A DNA stretch of 64,000 nt from Amoebophrya sp. A120 (Eukaryota; Protista; Dinoflagellata): NCBI GenBank assembly GCA_905178155.1, contig CAJINV010000003.1, positions 2,375,065 to 2,439,064 on the forward strand, in the 5' to 3' direction. Positions 25,501 through 37,919 of this stretch are shown here, piece after piece; position 1 is the stretch's first letter, and each line of letters opens with the position of its first letter. Position numbers and translations under genes: made by a program. The notes under the pieces were generated by a model that did not search any database, had not been told where the DNA came from, and was given only the letters and a program-made list of their open reading frames with translations.

Positions 25501-28500
25501 AAAGTGATAAATAAATCTGTGCTGCGTGTAGTACTGCAGTCTCAGAAGCTGAAAAAATGGTGCTGAATGCTCGGCGTATGTTGACAAAAAAAAGCGACAT
25601 CACCAAACAAGTCGAATGAAATCATAAATCGCAGGTTGGGTTTTCCGATCGGCTGTACCTGCCGTTCAACCTCTCGCTGAAGCACATCAAGATTCGGCAG
25701 AACCTGGAGGTGTTCACCGGCACGCGGCCCGAGTTGTACGACGTGACGCGGTGCGCACCGGAGATTTTCGAGATTGTGGAGCAGCTGCGCGAGCTGAAGC
25801 GCGCCACCCGCATCCACCACGCCAAGGAGTACTTGAAGTGCTTTCCCCGGGTGGAGTGCTTGATCAAGCTGGAGATTCTCTATCAAATGCAAAAATGTCT
25901 GGGTCTGGAAGATTCTGGGACTTGTCATGCTCATTTTGCATGAGCCATGACGTCTGTGATGCATGCCCTAGCATCACAGATTTTTTCGGAGCTTCTTGAT
26001 GCCCATTCCGCACGACAAATGCCATCTCCGCCTAGCAAAAATTGCCTTTTCCTGGAATCCAAACGCAGCATCACAAGTTCCAACTCTTCCAGACCCAGAC
26101 TCTTTTGCATTTGATATTCTCTACGGCGACTACATTTCGGACGAGGAGTATGGAAGCGTCAGGTTTGAAATCGTCAAAGTTGAAATAATCTGTAATGCAT
26201 AAAATGCATGATCCGAGGTACTTGTGTTGCAGAGCAGGCAGATGACGCCATTGTAAGCCTGTTTGGGGTTACAGCTCGAGCTGTTAAAGTAGGATGAGAA
26301 AATCACTCTTCTTTGCCTAAACAGCATGACAAACTGGATTTAGGGACCACCGAAATTTGTCATGCGCCACTTGGGAACTGGGTTCCAACTGGCATCCATT
26401 TTATGCATGACAAATTATTTCAACTTTGTCGATTTCAACTCTGACACATCCATAAGGAGCTGGCGGGCGGCATTTCGCCGGAGCTGGCGGCGTACCTGAA
26501 GCGCAAGGCCGAGGAGGAGGCGGAGCTGGCGGCGGAGCAGGGTCTCGAGGTGCCGCACGAACAGCCGGTGGCGGTGGACACGGACGGGGTGGCCCCGACC
26601 GCGTCGAAGCGGGCCAGCGAGAAGATGACGCGCAAAGCCGCCCTGGACACGCAGAACACGGCGTTCGAGGTGGCGGAAGAGTTGAGGAGGACAAAGTCGG
26701 TGCCTATCAAAAGCAAACATGTCTGGGGCTGGAAGAGTGCAAGGTTTATTGTTATGCGCGTTTTGGATAGCCCGCAATGTCTGTGATGTATGCCCTAGCT
26801 GCATCACAGGCTTTCTTGTGCGGCCCTCCTAATGCCTGTCCTGCATGAGAAATGCCCGCCGCCCTGCAGCATAGACTGGATTGCTCTACTTGCGGTTCAC
26901 GCAATGCAGATTTTTTGAGCGTTCGAAGGCAGCATCACAGCTTGTAACCTTCCAGACTCAGTAGACACATTTGCAATGCATAGTGCCCAACCTGGTGCGA
27001 CGGAACATGGCGGAGGTGCACCAGGCATCGGAGGACAACACGCGGTTCAAGTCCATTACCAACTGTAAAAATGTCTTGGTCTGGAAGAATTCATGTTTGT
27101 CATGCTTGTCTGGCATGACTCTTAAATCTGTCATGCATGTTACCCAAGCGCTCCGTTTTTCTGTGATGCAGAAGCGCAGTTTGTCATGCAGAATAGGCAA
27201 CACCTAGGAGCTCAGAAACTTGTCATGCTAAGCCAGCCTCTGTAGCCTCATCATGAGACGCCACCCAGCATCACAAGTTTCCAGACCCAGACATTTTTAC
27301 TTTTGATATCCATGAGCAAAGTGACGCTGGACCTGGAAACCTTCCTCGACCCGCAGGAGGAAGTGTTCATCTACAGCGGGCAGAAGCTGCAGAGCAGCGA
27401 ACTGCAGAAACAGTACATGCGGGCCCAGATGTGGCCGCTGCAGGAAAAGTGCATGTGGACGTACTCCCCGATCTACAACAGCAGCGCCTTCGAGTTCGAA
27501 GAGCTGCCCACCGGGCGCCCGGGGAACGTGGCGATGCGGGAGGAAGTGCCCGTAGTGGGCAAGGTGCCCTTCCAGTACCCCAAGGCGCGGGAATCGGAGG
27601 AGTACAAGAAACCGCAGAGCGACGTGTCGGACTTCCGCAAGTGGGAACTGGAAACCTTCCCGTGGGCCGAGAACGAGTGGCACGGTCTCGCCGTCGGCGC
27701 AGAAAGAAGGAAACCCATCAACGCGAAAAAAATCTTCGACGCAGAGAGGGTAAGGAAGTGCCTACTAAAGAAGAAATTTTTGCGTGCGATGATTTGTTTT
27801 TTGGTCGTCCTGAAAGTAGCTTACGTGTAAAATAACATACGTTTGTTTTGCTTTTGCTCGCCACAGTAACATGGACGTTCCTTGTTCGTCCTTCAATCGA
27901 CTGAAACGTACGTGACGCTTTCTGAATTCTAGTCTGTTCCTCTTCACACCGCACAGGTTCCGCACCTGCGGGAGCACAACGACCGGCCGTTCGACGCGAG
28001 CCTGATCGAGCGCCGAAACCGGGAGTTCGGACCCAAGAGCATGAACGAGACGGTGCACGAGGCTGGGGTGGTCTACGAGAACCACGTGATCGAGATCAAC
28101 CGCAAAGTATCAAGAAGAAAAATCCCCCCTTCCCATATCAGAACAGAGATCTGTGATGCAGATTTGTGGTCACAAATCAGCTTTTTCATGCTAGAAGGCA
28201 AAAGCTGCGGGCTTTAGTGCTGGCTGGCGTGGGAAAGCCTTGCGTCTTCAGCATGACAGGAGGCAACTGGAAGTGGGAAACAGCACGAAAAATTACCTGC
28301 AATTCAGGCCACAACTGCGTCTCTTGGCCTTCTAGCAATACAAGCCGATTTGTGTACTCAGATGCAGCGTCACAGGTTTCGTTTTCGATATGGGGAGGGG
28401 GGATTTTTCACTTTGATACAAGGAGAAGGAGATTCGCGAAGCCGGGCGCATCGGGCCCGACGTGATGGGGTTTTACAACAAGGACTACACCAAAAACGGT

Positions 28501-29458
28501 GTCACCGACATCGACCGCTACGAGCAGATTCTGAAGGACAAGCCAAACATGCGCGCCATCCGGTTCGATCAGAAATTCATGCCGAAACCGATTCGAAAGA
28601 AGTACGGGAAGCACAGTATTCTAGAGAAAATTATCAAGCCGTTGCCGTCCTCCATGCGCATCGCAGAAAACTGGGACGAAACCGCGCCGCAGGTACAGAT
28701 CTTTGCTGCTCGATCGAATTTGTTCACACATGTGCTCGCATATTTTTAGTGCAAATGACTTGGTTGCAATGTTGGGGGGCGCAGAACACACTAATCTCAC
28801 TCTGATTATAGGTCGAGTACGAGGCTCGCATGCGGCAGAACGACGGAGATGCGCCGTATAATGTGAAGACGAACCTGTACCTGAGTCGTCACACGGAGAA
28901 GGACCTGCCGGGCTTCAACCCGACCTTGTTCACGAAGCGGAGCTTCCACGTGGGCAATATGGGTCCGGCGCCGTGGAGGCATCAGCAGATGACCTTCAAC
29001 AAGAACCGTACCCGCAGTCTGAAACAGATCAGCACCTCCATTCGACATCCGGCCTATGATTACGAAAAGAAATACGTTTCAAATCGAGATTTCGACAGGT
29101 AATTGCTACGAGCAGGGCCTTGTATTTAGTTGGCAGAAAGACAAAGTATGACTGGAGAATTCAAATTCTATCACTCTGTATTGCAGTTAAAAACCAAGGC
29201 AGAGTGATCGCACGGTTACACGGCCTGCCCAATCTTATCAGGAAATCGATCAAGAATATCAAAAGCCAGCACTCGAAAAACAACAGGTACTCGCGTCCCG
29301 CACGGAACTACGCGCGTGAAGACTTCATCGAGAAGAACGCTGCGAGAGAGGACATGTCTCCAATGGAACGAACGGGGCCGAAGTTCACCTACACGCAGCC
29401 TCTGCGCGAGCTCCAATACACGGGTTCGCTGGAGGACACGCGAAAAAATAACTACTAG
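22573..29458 (+). CDS. Large 14-exon protein, tentatively cilia/flagella-associated CFAP92(KIAA1257)-like
   Basis: In-frame exons 22573-22731, 22894-23208, 23394-23862, 24035-24500, 24681-25395, 25635-25880, 26122-26148, 26460-26704, 26988-27056, 27314-27749, 27957-28107, 28424-28692, 28812-29098, 29287-29458 (8 GT-AG introns and 5 IR/DR elements). MAPKPKKK start. Motifs LLIEVHDRD, PHGLARF and DILTGY..LD..CRIMVVEGL recall CFAP92-like proteins, from memory and unverified. Confidence 0.7.
25881..26116 (+). mobile_element. Introner family A element (236 bp), DR TTCTC/TTCTC, forward orientation
   Basis: TIR TATCAAATGCAAAAATGTCTGGGTCTGGAAGA / TCTTCCAGACCCAGACTCTTTTGCATTTGATA. Removal gives LEIL-YGDY. 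Confidence 0.95.
26149..26454. mobile_element. Introner-like element with ~58-bp TIR (306 bp), DR AGGAG/AGGAG
   Basis: TATGGAAGCGTCAGGTTTGAAATCGTCAAAGTTGAAATAAT... pairs with ...ATTATTTCAACTTTGTCGATTTCAACTCTGACACATCCATA. Removal gives SDEE-LAGG. Confidence 0.95.
26705..26982 (+). mobile_element. Introner family A element (278 bp), DR GTGCC/GTGCC, forward orientation
   Basis: TATCAAAAGCAAACATGTCTGGGGCTGGAAG ... CTTCCAGACTCAGTAGACACATTTGCAATGCATA. Removal gives KSVPNLVRR. Confidence 0.92.
27057..27308 (-). mobile_element. Introner family A element (252 bp), DR TCCAT/TCCAT, reverse orientation
   Basis: TACCAACTGTAAAAATGTCTTGGTCTGGAA ... TTCCAGACCCAGACATTTTTACTTTTGATA. Removal gives RFKSMSKVT. 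The internal marker TTTGTCATGCAGAATAGGCA is the reverse complement of that in forward copies. Confidence 0.92.
28108..28418. mobile_element. Introner-like element (311 bp), DR CAAAG/CAAGG
   Basis: TATCAAGAAGAAAAATCCCCCCTTCCCATATC ... GATATGGGGAGGGGGGATTTTTCACTTTGATA. Removal gives NRKEKEIRE. Confidence 0.92.
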
Positions 29459-30232
29459 AAGCCTGTGCGTTTGACCTCTTTAATGGCCGCTTCGAGAGAG
29501 GACATAGAACGCCTTGGCGATGGTTAAGAAATTAGACTCACGATGACTCACGAAAACTCACTCAACTAACTCAGATCAAAAACTTTTCACATTTTCTTTG
29601 GACTCACTCAACTGACACGAATAACTAACTCAAACTCAAAAAAAGACCACACTTCGTGGCAACCTATGGACTCTTTTGTTGGAACTGACTTTGCGAACAA
29701 GATAGAATGTACACCAAGAGAACAATGCGCTGTACCGAAATTTTATGAATGCTTTCGATGCTGGGCTGGGCAGCTTCTACCTGCAGGCCCTGCAAAAGCG
29801 AGGAAAACGAATCCAAGTACTCTCTACAGATCGAGAATACAGAACGGAGAAAAGAAAGAAAGTTTAGATTCAAAAACGATGCATATGTCGTTGGAGCGAG
29901 ACGGAAATGGAAAGCAAAGCCCCACGCGCGATCCTTTTCCATGTCGGCACGTGTTCTCTATTGGGGGTCGGAGGGAAGAAACAAATGAAGGAATGAGCTT
30001 GAAGATGGCATCGCTCACACGTCACTCTTGGCTTTGTCGTGCAACCGTGCAACCAATCACTGCCTTGCAATCAGCGATAGAAAGTAGTCTGCTTCAACAT
30101 CCCCCCTCCTCTCTACTAGTGCAAAATCGCGTCGTTTTTTTTGCGTCAAAGTATAAGTATCACCAAATTAAACTCGTTCCTGGATACTCTTCCCTCTCAT
30201 CCTCTAACACACAAAAATCTCCTTCACACTTG

Positions 30233-31588
30233 ATGCAGCTCTCTGTTCGCGGGAATGGTAAAACGGCGAAGCTTGCCTTAGAGCCGGATGACCCGTCGGT
30301 CGCCGAACTGCTTTTGGCGATCGAGCGGGAGCTCGGGATTTGCACCTCGCGGCAAGTGTGGCGAGCCGGGTTCCCGCCCAAGGTACTCGATACCGCCAAC
30401 GTTAGCACGGTGAAGGCAGCAGGCATACAAAATCGCGACGTGGTCACTGTGGCAGAATCAGAAGCTCCACTGCGGGAACGAATAGGGACCACTGGGTACC
30501 CTGCCGCAGAACAAGCACCAGCCGGTCCTCCTCCCGGGGGCGCAGCAACAGCGAGTTCCAGCGCAGCACCGCAGCATAAAAATGCCGGCGCGAGCGCAAC
30601 TCCCTCCGCGGTCGTCCCTGCCCTCCTTCAGGCCACAGACGGCGTGGAGAGGCACATTATTGCGGCCGACAATAGTTGCCTGTTCAATTCCATTTTGTGG
30701 AACTTCGGCCCACGGCATCCCAAGACGAGGACCCAAACAGGCACGACCATGACGCCGCAGGCTCTCCGCGGGGTGTGCGCGCAGGAGATCCGCGGGGATC
30801 CGAGCAAGTGGGACATGCTCACACTGGCGGAGTGCGACAAGCCGAGTCTGGAGTACGCCGACTGGATTTCCAAATCCGACTCCTGGGGCGGCTTTTTGGA
30901 GATGATGATTCTCTCGAACTATTTCCAGACCCAGATTGCCGCCGTGGACATCCGCACCGCGCGCCTGGAATACTTCCCGCACCTCGAGGGCTTAGAACCG
31001 GCGGAGCGGGAAAAGTACAAGGACCGCATGTTCGTGTACTACGACGGTATACACTACGACGCGTGCGCGCGGAAAACGGGTGTTGGGAACAACGACGGTC
31101 TAGTCTCCGGAAATGGCCTCTTTGCGGTGCAGGATGACGTGGCGCTCACGCAAGTCGTCGCGGCCGCGATCGAACTCAAGGAGCAGAAGCAGTTCACGGT
31201 GACGGCAACGTTCACGCTGCAGTGTCAACACTGTTTCAAGTTGCTCACGGGCGAAAAGTATCAAATGTAAAAATGTCTGGGTCTGGAAGATTGCAACTTG
31301 TCGTGCTAAATCTGCAGCATGCAAAAGTCTGTGTTGCATGATTACCAAAAGTCGTTCAGTTTTGACCAAGTCGGGAGGGAGTTTCTCATGCAGGATAGGC
31401 ATTAGAAAGGTCTCGCAGAGTCTGTCATGCTAGGTCCTGCAATCCAGACCTCATGGGTCATGGAAGAGCAGCATGACAAATCGCGCACTCTTCCAGACCC
31501 AGACATTTTTACATTTGATAAAAAGGAAGCGCAAGGACACGCGAAGGAAACAGGGCACTTCAATTTTCAAGAAGCACCAGGATCCTAG
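30233..31588 (+). CDS. OTU1: OTU1/YOD1 deubiquitinase (UBX-like + OTU + C2H2 zinc finger)
   Basis: N-terminal RQVWRAGFPPK. Catalytic motifs IAADNSCLFNS, SWGGFLE and YDGIHYD. The zinc finger CQHC..LLTGEK|EAQGHAKETGHFNFQE is complete only after removing 31259-31525 (exons 30233-31258, 31526-31588). Confidence 0.93.
31259..31520 (-). mobile_element. Introner family A element (262 bp), DR AAAAG/AAAAG, reverse orientation
   Basis: Perfect 32-bp TIR TATCAAATGTAAAAATGTCTGGGTCTGGAAGA. Splits the OTU1 zinc finger. The internal marker TTTCTCATGCAGGATAGGCATTAG is reversed relative to the copies at 26705 and 57304. Confidence 0.96.
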
Positions 31589-32160
31589 TTAGTAGCGCCA
31601 TGGAGTGCATAATTAATTTTCACTTTGCTTCGTGGACGTTTATATCAAGGATAACCACGAAAACGAGCGAGAAGAACACTCGCAACTCATTCCCAAGACA
31701 CACGACACAGGAACCTGCTTGACCTTGGCAATCGAAGAGTTTTCCCGTGATTGTTTGACGATCAATGACGTGTTCCATGAATCGTAATGCGACCACCGAA
31801 ATGAACATGTACATCTACATGCGTAGTCGTGTGTGTGTGTGCAAGTAGAGGACGGGGGTAAGGATCCAGTCACTCCAGCGAAAGCGATGCAGATAGTACT
31901 ACAGAAAAGTGACGCAGTAGCGGACATTCGCTGTTGCGGTTTTTTGGCGATACCACCATCGTGCTGTTTTTCGATCTCACTCGGTCGTCACTTTTCTCGT
32001 AAATATTACCGTCACGACCCTTGCTGCAGGCAGGATTTATAAAAATGAGTTCGGAACAACGTTTGATCTTGTTTCATCCTTGACGCACATTTTTACAGAT
32101 CGTAGGATATTTCTTAAGCGGAGCATTTTCGATTTTCCTTCTTCAAAGGTTGAATATCAG

Positions 32161-33702
32161 ATGATGAACAATTATACGAAGCGCGAGCCGCCTGAGGTGA
32201 TCGTTCTCTCCGATAGCGACGTGATTTCTGTTCCGGGGGATCGGGGCAGTACAGTGGGGCAAACTCGACCCGCGCCTGAGGCTCCTGCAGAAACAGACTC
32301 ACAGGAGCAACTCCTGTTCCCGAGAAAGGGCGGGAAGCAGCAGCCTACCGGATCATCTTCGGTTGGCGCCCAAAATAATAATCTTCCCGACTCTCAGGTG
32401 GTCTCTACGTCGCAGGTTGATTCACAAGAACAACTCGTTCTGCAAGCAGCGGCCTCCTTCAAGAATGCATCTTCGCACCTGAGGAAAAAAGAAAGTGTCG
32501 GACTCATTGCAACTGAGAATTATAACGATCAGAATTATGCCTCGTTCAGTCTTGGAGCTGGTTCTTCCAGTGGAACACCGTTTGGCGTCGAGAAAAAACT
32601 GAACAAGAAGGTTGTCACCTTTCGGGAATCGAGTAGCGAGGTGGAATTCGTGCTTGACCAATCCATATCGAGCGCCGTGCAAGATGGATCTATTGGGCAC
32701 CGGAACGATCCAGGTCTCAAGCGATTCAGTCCGGTTTTGGGCAATGGAGCCGGCACGGGAGGACAAGGTAGTAGTTCCTCGAGCAACTCTCCTAGTAGAG
32801 CGCCCCTCGTGGTGCCGAGCAGTCCCAGCCAGCACCCCCTAGGATCGCAGGCTCAACAATTCTCGCAGCGAAGTGCTAGCCAGAAAGGGACCCCTAGCAG
32901 TGCAAGTGCCAAGGGGCCGCGGGTGAAAACAAGAACGCCCGGGACGGGCGGGAGCAGGACGTCGAAAAAAGCGCCTAAAACGCCGGGAACAGCGAAGTCT
33001 GGAGCATCAAGTAAAGCGGCACGGAGCCAGCAAACGCCCGGTGGACCACCGCTCAGCGCGGGCAAGAGGACGCCGGGGCAGAAAACTACAACAAGCGGGA
33101 AGAGGAAGAACAAGGCCACACCAAAATCTTCAGCTCGGGAGCCGGAGAACCGGGATGAGTTTTATGATTTTGTGTACGAAAAATTGTCTGACGACGCAGT
33201 GAGTCGTTGGTGCTCGCATTTTGGCCTGAAGGTGAACGCGGGAAAAGCGTTTCTGGCACAGAAGCTGGAGGAGATTCTTCGGTTTGTCTTCGACGGGGAC
33301 GAGAAATCCTTTTTGCAGACGATAGCGAAAGCAGTCGTGCCGGGTTTTGGATCCAGTGTGATACCGTTAGGAGGAGGCTCGCAGCACAGTAATAACAGAA
33401 GGACACCAAACAGGAATAACGAGGGGCATCCACTGTGGTCCGCTGCTTTGTCTGAAGACGCAAATTATCACGCTAGTTCCCTCGAGCCTGAATCTGTACC
33501 TTCTGGTAACGACGAGAGTCTCGATGCGCGTCTCATTCACGCGGTTCGGTCGGAAACGGGTTTGTACGAACAAATGTTGCTTTTCACCCCGGTGCAACCA
33601 CTGGAAGTTCAAAAGCTCCTGCGTGAAAACCACAATATACGAATCGGCCTGCAAGTCTGCGTCGATTTCCTTGAGCGTAACAGTATTTTGTATTCGAAGT
33701 AG
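32161..33702 (+). CDS. SLX4: SLX4-like structure-specific endonuclease scaffold, intronless
   Basis: SIM-like EVIVLSDSD and a long disordered region. SAP-like YEKLSDDAVSRWCSHFGLK...LAQKLEEI and C-terminal SLX1-binding-like LIHAVRSETGLYEQMLLFTPV...DFLERNSI. Confidence 0.75.
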   Translation: MMNNYTKREPPEVIVLSDSDVISVPGDRGSTVGQTRPAPEAPAETDSQEQLLFPRKGGKQQPTGSSSVGAQNNNLPDSQVVSTSQVDSQEQLVLQAAASFKNASSHLRKKESVGLIATENYNDQNYASFSLGAGSSSGTPFGVEKKLNKKVVTFRESSSEVEFVLDQSISSAVQDGSIGHRNDPGLKRFSPVLGNGAGTGGQGSSSSSNSPSRAPLVVPSSPSQHPLGSQAQQFSQRSASQKGTPSSASAKGPRVKTRTPGTGGSRTSKKAPKTPGTAKSGASSKAARSQQTPGGPPLSAGKRTPGQKTTTSGKRKNKATPKSSAREPENRDEFYDFVYEKLSDDAVSRWCSHFGLKVNAGKAFLAQKLEEILRFVFDGDEKSFLQTIAKAVVPGFGSSVIPLGGGSQHSNNRRTPNRNNEGHPLWSAALSEDANYHASSLEPESVPSGNDESLDARLIHAVRSETGLYEQMLLFTPVQPLEVQKLLRENHNIRIGLQVCVDFLERNSILYSK

Positions 33703-34581
33703 GGTTGTTTTGATGACGTGAAGCGAAAGAGTAGTGCTAGTGGCAAGGACGTGGACGTCTCCAAGACAGCTACACTTTCATCATTCTCAGTTCGAACAAG
33801 GACCTTGTCCACAGAATTTGAAAATCGAGCGTTTCTCCGCTTGTTCACAGACGTGTTTCATCTCAGCTTTCTTGTGAATGTACTCAAAGAAGATGATGAA
33901 AAGAGTTATCGGTTGTCGTCCCCACAACTGCCAGTGTGCAAAAGATTTTGATTTCGTGCATCCGAAAAAAGCCCAAGTGTGTCGGTTATCAATAGTGCGT
34001 GCTGGAACTACCACTTCGTTCGGTCCGTGCAACCATGATTTTCGTGCCAAGAATTGCGTGCAAAGGAAATTAACTTTTTTCACCGCTCGTAGTATGCTGA
34101 AGAAACAAGTTTTCCTCGTTTACTTTTTCAGGAATCCATGTGAAATCCCCATTTTCTCCCCATGTTAGATCTCTCGTCCCCGTCAAGAAATATTCAACAT
34201 ACCACTTCGTACCACAACGTACGTTTCGTATTTTAGGTAGGATGCGTATATTGATTTGGAGGTAATCACCAGTTGCAGGCCTCTTTTTTACATTCGCGTT
34301 TGACTGTATAACTTGTTCACGTTTATTGAGGCCCTTGCACGAGGTGGGCAAGAAATTCAAATTAGACTCCTATATTACCGGAGCTACCGATACCGTTGTA
34401 GCGCCGAAGATGACGCAGGGCAGCCTTGCGCATGAAGGGTGAGTTTCGTCATTTCGCTGCCACTTGGAGTTCGATTCCGACCAAGCGGGTCATTCAAGGC
34501 TAAAACAAGTGTGCTAGAAGTTGTACTGCAACCAGGCTTGTCCTTTCTTTTTTAGTTTCCTCGTCTCGGTTTGGAGGCACG

Positions 34582-37500
34582 ATGCCTGAGGAAGAAGGAG
34601 CTCCGGACGAGGTGGCAATCGCCGTGGAGGGCGAGGACGAGGCGGAGGCGGGCGCGGAAGAACAGGCGGAGGAACAACCTGAGGAAGCAGGCGCAGAAGC
34701 CGACGCCACCGATGAGAACAAGGGACAAAAGAAGGTTGGATCGGGCAAATACATTTTCGATTCGGAACAGGTTAAAGAGGTACAAGACGACATTGACACT
34801 GCGGATGCCATACGCATTGCAAGAGATACCGATCTGCTGGTCTGGAACAAGATAGCAAATTTGTGATGTTGCAGCTCCCTGAAAACCAGATCACCAAAAA
34901 ATTCTGTCTCGCATGAATCCGAATATAAAATTGCCTTTTTTTTGTGACACGAACTGGGGAGTATTTTGCATCCAGGACGATGAGTGGAGCCTTGTCAGAA
35001 TCTGTGATGCTAGATCATGCATTGCAGAACTTGCGGGACCACGGAGGCATAGAAAATCTGCATCACAAGCAACTGCATTCTTCCCGAGGACCCAGACGTA
35101 CTACTTGCAATCCATACGCCAAAATAAGGAGTAGGCTCAAAGAGAAGCCAAGCACTCTCGGTCGCGGAACCACGCTCGCAAACCTGGAAAAGGCCACGGA
35201 CGAGAATAAATTTGCTCAAGTCGTCGCAACCGCGTTCGGAGAAGACACCGGGTAAGTAAGTAAACGTACAATTTCACCCTATTGACAATTACTGACGCGT
35301 CGCGGGATGCAATAAGGACATCAATACATAAAACTGACAGTAAATAAAAGCTTCCCACGACCGTTGCTCTTCTGCTTTGGTTTTTTTTGGAAGATCATAT
35401 TGTTCTTCCTCTTCGATAAAAAGGATGCTTAGAAGGTCCTTTTTGGGTGAGAAGACGGAAGGTGATGATTTTGCAAGAACTTATGCACCGGAATAAACGT
35501 ACAAATACAAAACAGCATCGGAAAGCATTTAAATGAGCAGTTGGCGAACCGAGAATCGCAGCAGGGGGCGTTCGCCGTGCTGCAGGGGTCCGGCCAGGGA
35601 CGGTCGATGGGGCGGCCGGCCAGTCCGGTCACGCCGTTGGTGCAGCGCGTATATTCCCTCGGTCACATGTTCGACGAGGAAGACAGCCCGCTGGCGAAGT
35701 GCGTGCGGGAGCGGATCGCGTATTTGCCGACGCGGATGGAGTTTATGGATCCCGACTTCGACTGGTTTAAGAGTCGGTGGACCAGTGCCAACCGCGTGGA
35801 GGTGGAGCCCCTGCTCTCCTGGGAAGACCTGATAAAGCTCCGATGGCGACACATGAAGAAGAACGTGGACATGTACTGGCAGGTGTACTCGACAGCCATG
35901 GCGGTCACAGTCTGGGGCACCACCTTGCACGTGGTCGACAAGGGCTTCATGGGAGGAGCGCCGATTGCGAAAGACTTCTTTCTGGAGCGAATGCAGCTGC
36001 CCCCGCAGATGTTCGGTATCTTATCTTTTTCACGCTCAGTTGTTTCCCTTTCTTTCTCGGGCACTTTGATTTTACGTGCCCACACCGCAAAGATAGAATA
36101 AAGAAAAGTAGAAGACCGACAAAATCACCTGATGGTTTGTTCACCATGTACCTTTTTCGTCCGAGCAGTAGACCCCTTCTCTTCTTGGATGTCGTTTTTC
36201 TTTCTCGACATCAAATGTTTCGAACGATATGAAAAAACCTGGTGGATGTTGTGAAATACAAACAAATTATCGATCAACGATAAAACAGGTATCTTCAGCG
36301 GCGTGATTTCCTTCCTGTTGGTGATTCGTGTGAATCTTTCGTACGGGCGTTGGTGGATGGCGCGGCAGGAATTGGAGAAGTTCGCTACCCAGTTTTACAT
36401 GTTCGCCATCACGCTCTGCTGCTGGGACCAGTTCACGGTGACCTCGGGGAAGGACCACTACCTGTTCCGCCGCCGCGTGTGCGGGTTGATTTCCCTAATG
36501 CACGCCAAGTGTTGCGAGGAGTTGCGCGAGAGCTACGAGTCGCCCTCCTTGGGGGACTGGTATTTAGAGGATTCCGTGCAGCGGACGATGAACGACCACA
36601 GTCTCGTTCAGGAGATCATCGGCGTAAACAACGACTCGGAGCCGGTCCGCGACAAGACGGCGCAGGTGTACGCGTGGCTGGTGATGCTGGTCTCCGGCCG
36701 GTTTTTCAAGTGCCACTTTGTCCCCCCGCCGCTCCTGACCCAGATGTTCGCGCTGATCCAAAACGGGATGCAGTCCTTCCACAGCGCGCTGGTGATCCGA
36801 AACACGGAGTTTCCCGAGCCCTTCACTGTGATTGTGGTGAACTTGAGTACGCTGATGGGGTTCCTGATCCCGGTCGTGATCCACCCGCTGCTGGACTTTC
36901 TGCTCTGGAAGTTTCTCCTGCTCACCATCGCCATGTACGGGTTCGTCGTCACGGGCCTGGTGGCCCAAATGCTCGAGGACCCGTTCGGAACGGACACCTT
37001 CGATCACCCACTGGATCAGTACCAGATAGACTTTGACATAGCCCTGATGGAGGTCATCGACAAGTTCGACTACCGAGTGCCCTTCGCCACGGAAAACGGC
37101 TTGCGGGAGGACGACTACAAAAAGGCGATGGCAGAAACCATTCGGTGGAACAACTGCGCCCCGAAGGCACCACGGGAGCGCGTGGGACCCACACAGGGCG
37201 CGCTACGGATCATTCGCAGGGTAGACGCCACAAAGGACGGTATAAGATTGTTCATCAGAGAAGTGGAAGTAGGGGACTCATTCGGTTTCGTTGGTTATCT
37301 TTTGTGCAGCATCGTCCTGCATCATAATACATCTCTGTGTGATCATCCGCTTGGCGTTGTTCATCTGATCCGCGCAGCATTCGCACCGAGACTCACAATG
37401 ATCATTCTTTTGCGCAGCTTTAGACCAGGTGACTTTAATATTGGCTGGAAGCACTGCCACTGAGTCTCGTCGACATGAAAATGTTGATTTTATTTCAACA

Positions 37501-37919
37501 AAACAGGTTGGGATTCCGACGATAGTTGCATCCCCTTTGAGCATGAGCTGAAGCCGAGGCGGCGACCGAAACTGGTAGAGGATAAGGCAGAGCGGGTGAA
37601 GGAGCGGTTCCGATTGAAGGAGGAACTGAAAGAGGCGGCGAAGTTCGCGCGGATGAAGCGGGCTGTGTTCAACATCGAGGCGTACGCCATCATCCATATG
37701 AACGAAAAGTACGGGCGCCACGAGTTCGGAAAGCAGCGGTCGAAGAGGGTCGGGGGTGACGACAATGCAAAAAGCCCCGACGACAACATGGCGCCGCTAG
37801 TAAGCGAGCGACCCAGCCGGCCAAGCACGTTTCGCCAAATGCCGGTTGATGACTCGCCTGCCAACCCGGGGAGGACGCGAGCCGCCAAGAGCATCTACCG
37901 ACCCGATCGCGGCGGCTAA
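34582..37919 (+). CDS. Bestrophin-family anion channel (5 exons)
   Basis: Exons 34582-34810, 35122-35251, 35516-36015, 36289-37239, 37507-37919. Motifs FLLVIRVNLSYGRWWMAR, IRNTEFPEPF and LEDPFGTD. Confidence 0.88.
34811..35116. mobile_element. Degenerate introner-like element (306 bp), DR TGCCA/CGCCA
   Basis: TACGCATTGCAAG ... CTTGCAATCCATA, with internal TGTGATG(C)/GCATCACA motifs. Removal gives TADAKIRSRL in frame. Confidence 0.82.

Noticed and set aside
29666-30232. N-terminal 189 aa of the 534-aa ORF upstream of OTU1
   Set aside because: No similarity to OTU1. The UBX-like domain begins at ATG 30233, so this is probably UTR/intergenic sequence that is open by chance.
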